The translations under genes were made by a program, and so were the position numbers. A stretch of DNA of 64,000 nucleotides from Anaeramoeba ignava BMAN. Lineage: Eukaryota; Protista; Anaeramoebae. Positions 25,685 to 37,985 of the stretch are shown here, one piece after another (position 1 is the first letter of the stretch; each line of letters starts with the position of its first letter). The stretch is from the NCBI GenBank assembly GCA_028826165.1, contig JAPDFW010000109.1, positions 124,001-188,000 of the forward strand. Reading direction: 5' to 3'. The notes below the pieces were generated by a model. It made no database searches and had not been told where the DNA came from. It saw only the letters and a program-made list of their open reading frames with translations.

Positions 25685-25875
25685 TTAATTAATTTATTAA
25701 CTTTTGTTCCACTTTTTTTATAAATTTATTTATAATTTATTTAATTTATTAACTTTTGTTCCACTTTTTTTATAAATTTATTTATTCTATTCAATTTAAA
25801 TTTATTTATTCTATTCAATTAATTTAAATTTATTTTCAATTTATTAACTTTTGTTCCACTTTTTTTATAAATTTA
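25685..25875. repeat. Three copies of TTATTAACTTTTGTTCCACTTTTTTTATAAATTTATT
   Basis: Copies near 25695, 25747 and 25841. Confidence 0.85.
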
Positions 25876-26006
25876 TTTTATTCAATTAATTTAAATTTTT
25901 TTATAAATTTATTTCTTTTTTTATAAATTTATTTCTTTTTTTATAAATTTATTTCTTTCATATTATTTTATATTCTTTATAAAATTCGTTTATAATCTTA
26001 TATTAA

Positions 26007-28894
26007 TTAAACTAAAATAAGAAGTGTTTTTTGAAGAAGTTTAATCCTTTTCTTAATTAAAATCCGTATTTCATTTAATTTCTCTTTTTCAGGAAATAAT
26101 ATCGAAACAAGTTCATGTTCATGTTTGATCTCAGATTCTAAAAAAATAAATAAAGATTGCTTGAGATTAATTAATTGAGGAACAGAAGAAACTCTTTGAA
26201 AAGCAACCATAATTGACTTTAGATCTGATGAAGATAAGATCAAAATAAAAAGCAATTTGAAAAAAACAATTCCTTTTTCTTTAAGTTGTGAAAAATCAAC
26301 AACTTTCAAAATCACAAGTGATAGAGAATTCATTAAGATAAGATTAGCTAATAATTTTGCAGAGTTGATAACTCGTCGAATTTCTAATTCATCAAGTTGC
26401 TTAAATTGATCCCAAAAAGAAAACTGGAAAGTTTGTTTGAAATTATGATCATATTCACATAATTTTGATGATAAATAAGCATAGTAAGGGTTATAACCTT
26501 TTTCTTGAGCACAACACTCAATAATAACACGAACAATCTCGCGTTCTTGTTTTCCTTTCAATCCCAATTTCACTAATTTTTCAAATGAATCCAAATAATC
26601 TTCGGATGTAACTACAACTGTAAAAATTGCTCTTCGAATATCTGTGTTCATTCTTTGGTTTTTCATAAGCAATTCCAAATCCTTTCCATTCAAAGTTGTT
26701 TCTGAATTTTTAATATTTGGATTTAAATCTGAATTTTTAATATCTGAATTTTTAATATTTGAATTTGAATCTGAATTTGGATTTTGATTTGATTCGTTTT
26801 TCCATGCTGTTCCTGTAATCCACCATCTTCCATTCGTTTTTGATTCCATAAAATCTTTATATGGAATACCCATTGGTTGGTCATATTTGGAAAAGTTTTG
26901 ATTTTTTGTTTCAAGTGAAGAAATTGTTGATTTAATTGTTGATTGAAGCAATTTGATTTCTGCTTGTTCTGCGTAATTAAATTTGTTTTGTTTATTTTTA
27001 AGATCATAAATAGTATCAAGCATAAAATCAACGCGATGAGAAAAAATAGATTCATCTTCACTATCATTTTCACTATCATTTTCATTATCATCTTTTTTAT
27101 TGTCTTTTTCTTCATTCTTTTTCTCAATTACTTTCTGTTGAATACTTAAAACAATTTCTTTTAATGCTGTTGGATCTTCTCCTCTTAAATTTGGCCCACA
27201 ACTTCGAATCAATGCAAGTAATAATTCAATATCAATTGGAGAAAATTTCTCAATCAAATTGCGAATAATATCATAAATCAATTTGCAATCCATAATCCCG
27301 AAAATATACGAATTTGCAATTAATAACACTAAATTTTTTGCTGTTTTCTTTTCTTGTTCTTTCCATTTTTTATCAAATTTTCTGACAATTTTCTCCAAAA
27401 TAAAAGAGCTCACTTGAGTTCCCATTTGGGAGTGTAATATCGCAATTAAAGCTGCATATATTGCAATAAAATGACTTAACAAAGCAGAATTTATTCCAAT
27501 TTGTGATAAAATTAAACTTGAAAGTGATCTATTAACATAATTTTTGGGATTTTCTTGATATAAACGAAGTATTTCTTGCGAAATTAATTGTAAATTTGCA
27601 TTTGTTAATTTGTTAAATGCTCTTCTTGTGAGTTTTAATACTTCTTCATATAATTCATCCTTCACAAATTTCTTAGATTTAGTGATATTTGTTTGAATGT
27701 CTTGGTCTTGTTGATTTTGAGTCGAAAAATTATCTCCATAAATTTTGGATTTTTGAGTTGATTCAATTTCAATGAAAATTGGTTTCTTTTGTGAAATTTG
27801 TTTTGGAATTGGTATAACTTCTTCTTCGTTTTGAAATTTGACTGATTTAGTGATTTCCTTTTTCTTTTTCTTTTTCTTTTTCTTTTGTTTTTCTTTTGAT
27901 TTTGATTTTGATTTTGATTTTGATTTTGATTTTGATTTTGATTTTGATTTTGATTTTCGTTTTCATTTTCATTTTCATTTTGAATTTGATTTTGATTTTG
28001 ATTTTGATTTTTATTTTGAAAAACTGATAAATCTTTAAGAAGAAAATCAAGTCCATCTTTTTCTAATTCTTGCATAATTTTATCATCATCATCATCATCT
28101 GTAAATCCAAGATTTTTTTCCATTTCTTGAATTACTTTTTCATCAGGATCAAATGAAATTAAATTTTGTTTATTTTGTTTATATTTTGGATTTTTACTTA
28201 AAATTCCTTTTGTTTGATTTTGATTTTTATTTTTGATTTTGATTTTGATTTTGATTTTGATTTTGATTTTGATTTTGATTTTGATTTTGATTTTGATTTT
28301 GATTTTGATTTTGATTTTGATTTTGATTTTGATTTTGATTTTGATTTTGATTTTGATTTTGATTTTGATTTTGATTTTGATTTTGATTTTGATTTTTATT
28401 TTGAAAAACTGATAAATCTTTAAGAAGAAAATCAAGTCCATCTTTTTCTAATTCTTGCATAATTTTATCATCATCTCCATCTGTAAATCCAAGATTTTTT
28501 TCCATTTCTTGAATTACTTTTTCATCAGGATCAAATGAAATTAAATTTTGTTTATTTTGTTTATATTTTGGGTTTTTACTTAAAATTCCTTTTGTTTGAT
28601 TTTTATTTTGATTTTGATTTTGAGTTTGATTTTGATTTTGATTTTGATTTTCATTTTCAATTTGATTTTGATTTTGATTTTGATTTTGATTTTTATTTTT
28701 TTATTTTGATTTTTATTTTTGTTAATTTTTGATTTTGACTTTTTTGATTGATGATTTTGAAGCCAAATTTGATGTTTTCGTTTTTTTTTGGTTAATCTTT
28801 GATGTTTTCTTTGAAATTTTCTACTTTTTGTATTTGGTTTTTTTTTATTGAAATTTCTTGAAATTTTATTAAAATTTTTTTGATAAAAATTCAT
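26007..28894 (-). CDS. NOM1: Nucleolar MIF4G + MA3 domain protein (NOM1/Sgd1); N-terminal part interrupted by indels in microsatellites
   Basis: FNKLTNANLQLI...DIELLLALIRSCGPNLRGEDPTALKEIV...RVDFMLDTIYDLKN, GRWWITGTAW, QRMNTDIRRAIF...SEDYLDSFEKL...QEREIVRVIIECCAQEKGYNPYYA. Basic N-terminus from ATG 28894. Confidence 0.9.
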
Positions 28895-28971
28895 TAAATT
28901 TTATTTTTTTTTAATTATTTTTTTGAAAAAGAAAAAAATGAAAAAAAATGAAAATAAAAAAATTTTTTTTT

Positions 28972-30179
28972 TTAATTTTTCGTTTTAAATTCTTCATAAA
29001 TTCTTAATAAAGATAAAATTTTTTGAGATAAATCAATTCTTTTAATTTCTAATTCTGTACATTCAGCTTTTAAACTTTCAAAATTTCTTTGAGAATCAGA
29101 AATTTGATAATTCATTTCTTTTGATAAATTTTGAGAATAATTTTGATATTCTTGAATTTTAATTTTTCTTTGATTTGTTAATAAAAAAATATCATTTTCA
29201 ATTTCTTCAATTGATTTTTTTTGAAATTGATTTTGGTTTTGGAATTGATTTTGAAATTGATTTTGGTTTTGATTTTGAGATTGAAATTGATTTTGATATT
29301 GATTTTCATTTTCATTTTCATTTTCATCTTCATCTTTCAATTCATTTTCGAATTCAATTTGATTTAAATTTTGAAATTGATTTTGATTTTGAAATTGATT
29401 TTCATTTTCATTTTCATTTTCATTTTGATATTGATTTTGATTTTGAAATTGATTTTGAAATTGATTTTGGAATTGATTTTGAAATTGATTTTGAAATTGA
29501 TTTAAATTTTCATTTTCATTTTCATCTTCATTTTCATTTTCATTTTCATTTTGATATTCATTTTGAAATTGATTTTCATTTTGGAATTGATTTAAATTTT
29601 GAAATTGATTTTGAAATTGATTTTGATTTTGAAATTCAATTGATTTAAATTTTGATATTGATTTAAATTTTGATATTGATTTAAATTTTGATTTTGATTT
29701 AAATTTTCATTTTGATATTGATTTAAATTTTCATTTTCATTTTCATTTTCATTTTCATCTTTCAATTCATTTTCAAATTCAATTTGATTTAAATTTTGAA
29801 ATTGATTTTCATTTTCATCTTCATTTTGATATTCATTTTGAAATTGATTTTCATTTTGGAATTGATTTACATTTTGAAATTGATTTTGAATTTGATTTTG
29901 AAATTGATTTTGAAATTGATTTTCATTTTGAAATTGATTTTGATTTAAATTTTGAAATTGATTTTGAAATTGATTTTGATTTTGGAATTGATTTAAATTT
30001 TGAAATTCATTTTCATTTTGATATTGATTTTGTTTTAAATTTTGAAATTGATTTTGATTTTGAAATTGATTTTGATTTTGATTTTGATTTTGATTTTGAA
30101 ATTGATTTTCTTTTAAATTTTGAATTGGAGTTTGATTTGATTTGAGATTTGATTTAAGATTTGATTTAAATTTAAACAT
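28972..30179 (-). CDS. N/Q/E-rich low-complexity protein with C-terminal coiled coil (frameshifted within the repeat)
   Basis: ATG 30179 preceded by the TCATTTTTT element seen before other genes. Non-repetitive C-terminus SIEEIENDIFLLTNQRK...ELEIKRIDLSQKILSLL. Confidence 0.55.
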
Positions 30180-30429
30180 TTTAATTATTTTTGGAAAGAA
30201 AAAAAATGATTTTAATTTATTGAAAATTTTTTTTTATTTTTTTTTTTGGTTTTATTTGATAAAAAATCAAAAATCAAAAATCAATTTGAAAACAAAATTT
30301 CTTTTTTTTGAGTAAAGAAAAAAAAATAACAAATCAAATCAATTCAAATCAAATCTGCAAATAAAATGAACTAAAATATTCCATTTTGAAATTAATTTTA
30401 ATTTTGAGTAAAAAAGAAGAATAAAAATT

Positions 30430-30718
30430 TCAATCATCATCATAATCTTCATCATCTTCATCATCAGGAAAAATACTTTTATCTTTATTTATACTTTTAC
30501 TTTTATTTTTATCTTTATTTTTATCTTTATCTTTATCTTTATCTTTATCTTTATTTTTATCTTTATCTAAACTACTTTCATCACTAAAAGAAGAGTTTTG
30601 AAAATTTTTACGAATAAAATCTGAATCTTGTAAATCATCATTTTCATTAATGCTTTCATGTTTTTGATCTTTTTCTTTTTCTTTTTCATTTTCATTATTA
30701 TCATTATTATCATTATTA

Positions 30719-30756
<38 letters not shown>

Positions 30757-33700
30757 GTTATTGTTATTTTGATTCTTATTCTTTTTTTGATTCTTATTCT
30801 TTTCAAAATGCTATTTAATTAATTTAATAAAAAAAATATAAATTTTTAAATTGAAAAAAAAAAGGGTTTTTGTTTGAATTGAATTTAAATTGTTTTGAAA
30901 AAAAAAATACACTATTTAAGATATCAAAAACAACTTCAGATAAAGGAACATTAACACCTCCTCTATTATAATATTGGATTATTTGAGAAATTTCATCAAA
31001 ATTTTGTTGAGAATTTCCAAATGATATTTTCTTTTGTAAATGTTCTTTTGATTTTTTCATAAGTGATTTTTTCATAAGTGATTTTTTCATAAGTGATTTT
31101 TTCAGAATTGATTTTTTCATTTGCGAATCTTTTGATAAAATAATTGAATTTGAATTTTTATCATAATCCTGAATACTAATTTTGCCCTTTTGATTAGTAA
31201 GACCTAAATTTTGGAATAAAAGAAGAACTCCAGTTGATTCATTTGGAATCCATTTTGGATGATTTGCTTTGAAATTAACAATTGCTTTTTCAAGTTTCCC
31301 GTCAGGCGGTGCTAAATCAATTTGGGAACCATGTTGAGGCGCTCCATAAAGAGCATTTCCATGTAAAGTTAAGTCGAAAAGTGACCAAGAACAAACTTCA
31401 CCAAGTTTTGGGTCAAAAGTGGTAATTTTTTGAAATTTCGATAAGAAATGTTCTGCTTGATCTGGAAAATACCAAATAAAAAAAACAGGCGCATAAAAAG
31501 CTGATAAAATTTCCCAAAACAAGGACAAGACAGTTGGAACAAATAGAGATTCAAGTTCGTTTTTGACTTCTGGTGTGTGCTCTTTATTTCTCCATGCTTC
31601 CGGTCGATAATGTGTGTAAGTTGTTACTTTTTGCATTGCCTTAAGTGGATCGTATACTGTTGTGCTATTTGGAACCATTTGTTGTGATACTGAATATATT
31701 ATTGTTAATATTCCAATAAACCATGCTAAACTTTTATCTCCAAAAATATTGATTTCGAGCAAGAATTCAATATCAAAAAGAATACTAAGAATTGCGAAGA
31801 TGATTAAAACTGATCCTGTAATAAAAACGATAAGTCTATTCAAAAAGATTTTATTAATTAATTAATTAATTAATATTTTTTTTTTTTTGGAAATTGATTT
31901 GAAATTTATTTCCATTTCATGTATTTTCAATTTTTGTTGTAATTTTTTTATTTTTGATTTTTTATTTTTTAACATGAAATTTTCTTTAATTTACTTTGCT
32001 ATTGGAACTATAGTTGGTTGTGGGAATTGTTTTAAATAATTATCAGTTGGTTCATATGATAATCTAAGTCTTTTTTCGAAAATATGAGGAAGCTCATTTG
32101 GTTCTCTAATTTTCCATTTAGCTTGAGGAGACCATTGTCGAAAAAATAAAGCAGAAACATTTGAGCGAATCTAAATTAAAAGAGAAGTATTTTTTTTTAA
32201 ATTATTGAAAAATTATTTTTTTTTATAAATTACTTCTTGTCCATATTTTAAAAACCAATAAATGAACATAAAAAAAGCAACAAAAGGAGAAATGATTAAA
32301 AAAATTATTCCATAATATTTAGAACGTTTTTGGATCCTAAAGAATTGATTGAAAAAAGATTTCAAAATGAATTTTAATTTCAAATTTTAATTTTAAATTT
32401 TTTACGTTTGAAGTTTTAATTTTCCATTAAGATAAACCCTTTTAACTGAACCATAATAATCAAATAAAGGATCAAAAGCAATTAAATTTTGTAAGTATTC
32501 AAATGTTCTTGTTAAAGGAAAACGAAATTGAAATAATTTTTTATCATTCAATAAAACAATTTTATAATTATCTTTTTTCATAATTTTAGAAGCAATTGTT
32601 AATTCATCAATTTGACTCTGAAAAATGATTTTCTTTTGATAATTTATTAATTCTGTTACGACTTCTTGCCAATAAATTGTTTTTAATTTATCCTAATTTA
32701 ATTTATTTTTATTTTAATTTAATATTTTGATTTAATTTGATTTAATATTTTGATTTAATTTGATTTAATATTTTAATTTAATATTTTGATTTAATATTTT
32801 GATTTAATTTAATTTATTATTTTGATTTAATATTTATTTTGATTTATTATTTTGATTTAATATTTTAATTTATTTTGATTTAATATTTTGATTTAATATT
32901 TTAATTTATTTTGATGTATTATTTTAATTTATTTTGATGTATTATTTTGATTTATTTTGATTTAATTTGATTTAATATTTTGATTTAATATTTTAATTTA
33001 ATATTTTGATTTAATATTTTGATTTAATATTTTGATTTAATATTTTAATTTATTTTGATTTATTTTGATTTATTTTGATTTAATATTTATTTTGATTTAA
33101 TATTTTGATTTAATATTTTGATTTAATATTTTAATTTATTTTGATTTAATTTATTATTTTGATTTAATATTTATTTTGATTTATTATTTTGATTTAATAT
33201 TTTTAATTTATTTTGATTTAATATTTTGATTTAATATTTTAATTTATTTTGATGTATTATTTTAATTTATTTTGATGTATTATTTTGATTTATTTTGATT
33301 TAATTTGATTTAATATTTTGATTTAATATTTTAATTTAATATTTTGATTTATTTTGATGTATTATTTTGATTTAATTTGATTTATTTTGATTTAATATTT
33401 TGATTTAATATTTTAATTTAATATTTTGATTTAATATTTTGATTTAATATTTTAATTTAATATTTTGATTTATTATTTTGATTTAATATTTTGATTTATT
33501 TTGATTTATTTTGATTTAATATTTATTTTGATTTAATATTTATTTTGATTTAATATTTTAATTTATTTTGATTTATTTTGATTTATTTTGATTTAATATT
33601 TTGATTTATTTTGATTTATTTTGATTTAATATTTTAATTTAATATTTTTAATTTAATATTTTAATTTATTTTGATGTATTATTTTGATTTAATTTGATTT

Positions 33701-36023
33701 AATTTGATTTAATATTTTTGATTTAATATTTTAATTTAATATTTTGATTTATTTTGATATTTTGATTTAATATTTTGATTTAATTTAATATTTTAATTTA
33801 ATATTTTGATTTATTATTTTTAATTTATTATTTTATTTTGATTTAATATTTTGATTTATTTTGATATTTTGATTTATTATTTTGATTTATTTTGATTTAT
33901 TATTTTAATTTAATATTTTGATTTAATATTTTAATTTAATATTTTGATTTAATTTGATTTAATTTATTTTGATTTATTTTGATTTAATATTTTGATTTAA
34001 TATTTTTAATTTATTATTTTGATTTAATATTTTGATTTAATATTTTGATTTAATATTTTGATTTAATATTTTGATTTAATATTTTAATTTAATATTTTGA
34101 TTTAATATTTTAATTTATTTTGATTTAATATTTTGATTTAATATTTTGATTTAATATTTTGATTTAATATTTTAATTTATTATTTTAATTTAATATTTTG
34201 ATTTAATATTTTGATTTAATATTTTGATTTAATATTTTTAATTTAATATTTTTGATTTAATATTTTATTTTTATTTTGATTTAATATTTTGATTTAATAT
34301 TTTGATTTAATATTTTGATTTAATATTTTGATTTAATATTTTGATTTAATATTTTGATTTAATATTTTAATTTATTTTGATTTATTTTAATTTATTATTT
34401 TGATTTATTTTGATTTATTTTGATTTAATATTTTGATTTAATATTTTAATTTATTTTGATTTAATATTTTGATTTTATTTTGATTTATTTTGATTTAATA
34501 TTTATTTTGATTTAATATTTTAATTTATTTTGATTTATTTTGATTTATTTTTGATTTATTTTGATTTAATATTTTGATTTATTTTGATTTAATATTTTGA
34601 TTTATTATTTATTTTGATTTAATATTTTGATTTATTTTGATTTAATATTTTGATTTAATATTTTAATTTAATATTTTAATTTAATATTTTAATTTAATAT
34701 TTGATTTATTTTGATTTAATATTTTGATTTATTTTGATTTAATATTTTGATTTATTATTTTGATTTATTATTTTGATTTATTATTTTAATTTATTTTGAT
34801 TTAATATTTTGATTTAATATTTTGATTTAATATTTTGATTTAATATTTTGATTTAATATTTATTTTGATTTAATATTTTAATTTATTTTGATTTAATATT
34901 TTGATTTAATATTTATTTTGATTTAATATTTTGATTTATTTTGATTTATTTTGATTTAATATTTATTTTGATTTAATATTTTAATTTATTTTGATTTATT
35001 TTGATTTATTTGATTTATTTTGATTTAATATTTTGATTTATTTTGATTTAATATTTTGATTTATTATTTTGATTTATTTTGATTTAATATTTTGATTTAT
35101 TTTGATTTAATTTGATTTAATATTTTTATGTATTATTTTATTTTATTTGGTAAAAATAAAAACCTCTGTAATATGAAGACTGTTGTTATAAAATTTCTTC
35201 ATTTTATATAAAGAAGGAATAGAAATAAAAAATGTAACCAATTTAAAAATAAAAAGAATTGCAACTCCAAGTAAAAAAATCAATAAAAATAAAGAAAGAC
35301 TATCCAAAAAAATAAATTAAATTAAATTAAATTAAAATAAATTAAAATAAAATAAATTAAAATAAATTAAAATAAAATGAATTAAATAAAATAAAATAAA
35401 TTAAATTAAATTAAATTAAAATAAATAAAATAAAATGAATTAAATAAAATAAAATTTTCAATTTGATTTTCAATTTGATATTCAATTTGAATAGGCTTTT
35501 AAATTTTAAATAGACAAACTTTCTAACAGCTTCTTTAAAAGGTCTCATTGCAGAATTAAATTCTTGGTTATGAACTTTTTTCCAATCAATGGATGCGCCA
35601 AAAAAGAAAACAAAAACTAATAAAAATAGAAAGTTTCTGAAAAAGGAAATTAATTAGAATCACAATTTAAAATTTTCTCAAAATGATTTGCTTACAAACA
35701 ATCAATGAACTTTGCAATAATTGTTCTTGTAAATCCTTGATAATAAAAATAATCATAAATGTAAAGAATTGTCAAGAAAAACAAAAAAAACAAAAAAAGA
35801 AATGAATAAAAAAAGAATGAGAAAATTTTTCATATATAAAAAGTTATATTGATTTTTTAAAGGATATTTTATAATAGAGGTTTTTGCTAAAGATGTGTGA
35901 ATCAGTTTCTGTTGAAAAGTCGAAATTCGGAATTTTTTGTATTAAATCGCTATCATTTAAACTTGAATCATCTTTTGATTTATGATCAAGATTTGGTTCA
36001 AAATCTTGTAATTCAAAATCCAT
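30430..36023 (-). CDS. ATG9: Autophagy-related protein 9 (lipid scramblase), 9 exons
   Basis: Introns 35761-35867 (AT-AC), 35637-35695, 35300-35519, 32693-35163, 32337-32405, 32171-32233, 31836-31994 and 30811-30910 keep one frame. Motifs IYDYFYYQGF, WQEVV, KIMKKDNY, RQWSPQAKWKIREPNELPHIFEKRL, YLKQFP, THYRPEAW, LGEVCSWSLFD, HGNALYG, GKLEKAIVNFKANHPKW. Confidence 0.95.
32710..35140. repeat. (TTTTGATTTAATAT)/(TTTTGATTTA) mosaic repeat filling the 2.47-kb ATG9 intron
   Basis: Visible directly between acceptor 32693 and donor 35163. Confidence 0.93.
35761..35867 (-). other. U12-type (minor spliceosome) AT-AC intron, 107 nt, ATG9 intron 1
   Basis: 5' splice site ATATCCTTT, branch site TTTTCTTGAC with A at -12, 3' splice site TTTAC. 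Removal gives in-frame SKNLYYK|IYDYFYYQGF. No usable GT donor nearby. Confidence 0.9.
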
Positions 36024-36146
36024 TTAAAAGAAAAAGAATAAAAAGGAAAAAAAAAATGAAAGAAAAAAAATGAAAAAATTAAATTAAAAAATTAAATTGA
36101 GAAAAATTTTTTTTTCATTTTTTTCTTCTTTTTTTTTTTTTTAATT

Positions 36147-37985
36147 ATGAATTTATTTGAAAAAAATAAAAATGATAAAAATGATTGTTTATTTTTCGGT
36201 TCAAATGAAAATCCAAAGCTTTTAAAATTGAAAGCAGAAATAATAAAAAATCCAATTCAATTTAAATTTGAAAATGAAAATGAAAATGAAAATGAAAAAC
36301 AAATTAAACAAATTAAACAAATTAAACAAATTGCATCAAGTTATTTTGGAACAATTTTCCTTTTTGAAAATGGAAAAGCAATAGAATATTTAAAAGATTC
36401 AAAACAAAATCCTGAAAAAATTCCAATTGAAAATATCAAGAAAGTAACTGTTGGTGGAAAAATTGAAGGTTTTTTAACTTCAGAAGGAATTGCATTTAAA
36501 AAAGAAAAAACAATTGAATCACAAAAAATAAAGGGTTATATCAATTTATCAGAATTAATTGAAGATCCAAATGATAGAGTAATTCAAGATATTGTTTGCG
36601 GTTCAAGATCAATTTACTTATTAACTTCAAATCAAAATGCTTATGGATTTGGATATAATGATTGTGGTCAACTTGGTTTTGATTCTGAAAAACTTCCAAA
36701 AGCAGAAAAACCAATTTTAATGATGAAAAATGTTTACAGAATCTTTTCAGGAATTTCTTCAGTTCATGTTTTTCTTTTGAATTCAAATCAAGAATTATTT
36801 GGATGTGGATTTAACGGTCGTGGTCAACTTGGATTAGGCAAAAATCAATTAAAATCAAATGAATTAATCCAAATCCAAAATATTCCAAAAGGAAATATAA
36901 TAGATATTCAATGTTCCAATTATTCTTCATTGATGCTGATTGAAGAAGATGATGATAGAAGAAAATTTTATTTATCGGGAAGCAAAGGTGAATTCTCAAA
37001 GATGATATCTGATGATGGCAAAGAAAACTCAATGGTGTTTAATGAGTTCAGATTAACTTTAGGAGAAAATGAGACAGAAAGATATTTGGATGACGAATTG
37101 GGAAATGATAATATTCTTGATTTTTCCGTTGGATATAATCATACTTTGGTTTTAACATATGGCGGAAAATTGTTTGGTTTTGGTGGAAACACTTCAGGTC
37201 AATTAGGAAGTGAGAAAACAAATGTATATAAGTTCATCACAAACGAAATCAAACTTCCTAAATTAAGATTTAATGAAGATACTTCTAATTATCATGTTTC
37301 TTGTGGATTTAACAAATCATTTCTTTATTATTCTCGTTATTTTTCCAATCTTGAAGAAGATCTGATAAAATTATTTCAAAGAAAAGAATTTTGTGATATT
37401 TCATTTAAAACAATCAATGGAGAAATAATTGAAGCTCATAAATTAATATTGAAATATAGATTAAAACATTATGAAGATGGAATTGAAAAACTTCAAGAAA
37501 TTATTTCAAAAAAAACAACCAAAGAATCAAATCAAATATTTGAAATGATTTATTCAAACAGAATAATAAATCCAAAATTATATTCTGAAATTAAAGAAAT
37601 TATAAATTCCAATGAAAAAATTGAAGAAACAATGAAAAGAATTTATTATTTAAATGAAAATGAAAATGATTTTATTATTGAAAGAAAAGAAAAACAATAT
37701 AAATTTCCTAAATTAATATTAATAATGAGAAGTGAATTATATCGAGGAATGTTTTTATCTGTAACAGAAGATAAATCTAATAAAGTTACAGATTATAGTG
37801 AATTAAGTAATAAATCATTTCAAATATTTGAATATTGGATTTATTCAAATCAAATTAAAGAAGGAATTCAAATTACACAAGAAATTATTGATGAAATTCA
37901 AATAGGAATTGATTATTTTCAATTAAATCAAACAAATCCAAATTTATTTGATTTATTAATTAATAAATTTAATAATCAAAATTAA
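36147..37985 (+). CDS. RCC1-repeat propeller + tandem BTB protein, copy 1 (most divergent)
   Basis: RCC1 motifs FGYNDCGQLG, CGFNGRGQLG, VGYNHTL. BTB motifs FCDISF...IEAHKLIL and DFII...PKLILIMRSELYRGMF. Confidence 0.88.
   Translation: MNLFEKNKNDKNDCLFFGSNENPKLLKLKAEIIKNPIQFKFENENENENEKQIKQIKQIKQIASSYFGTIFLFENGKAIEYLKDSKQNPEKIPIENIKKVTVGGKIEGFLTSEGIAFKKEKTIESQKIKGYINLSELIEDPNDRVIQDIVCGSRSIYLLTSNQNAYGFGYNDCGQLGFDSEKLPKAEKPILMMKNVYRIFSGISSVHVFLLNSNQELFGCGFNGRGQLGLGKNQLKSNELIQIQNIPKGNIIDIQCSNYSSLMLIEEDDDRRKFYLSGSKGEFSKMISDDGKENSMVFNEFRLTLGENETERYLDDELGNDNILDFSVGYNHTLVLTYGGKLFGFGGNTSGQLGSEKTNVYKFITNEIKLPKLRFNEDTSNYHVSCGFNKSFLYYSRYFSNLEEDLIKLFQRKEFCDISFKTINGEIIEAHKLILKYRLKHYEDGIEKLQEIISKKTTKESNQIFEMIYSNRIINPKLYSEIKEIINSNEKIEETMKRIYYLNENENDFIIERKEKQYKFPKLILIMRSELYRGMFLSVTEDKSNKVTDYSELSNKSFQIFEYWIYSNQIKEGIQITQEIIDEIQIGIDYFQLNQTNPNLFDLLINKFNNQN

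Noticed and set aside
1-36023. Functional autophagy/trafficking gene cluster (TRAPPC8, MUN, VPS9, ATG9)
   Set aside because: The genes are interspersed with unrelated ones and trafficking genes are common. Co-location cannot be distinguished from chance without synteny data.
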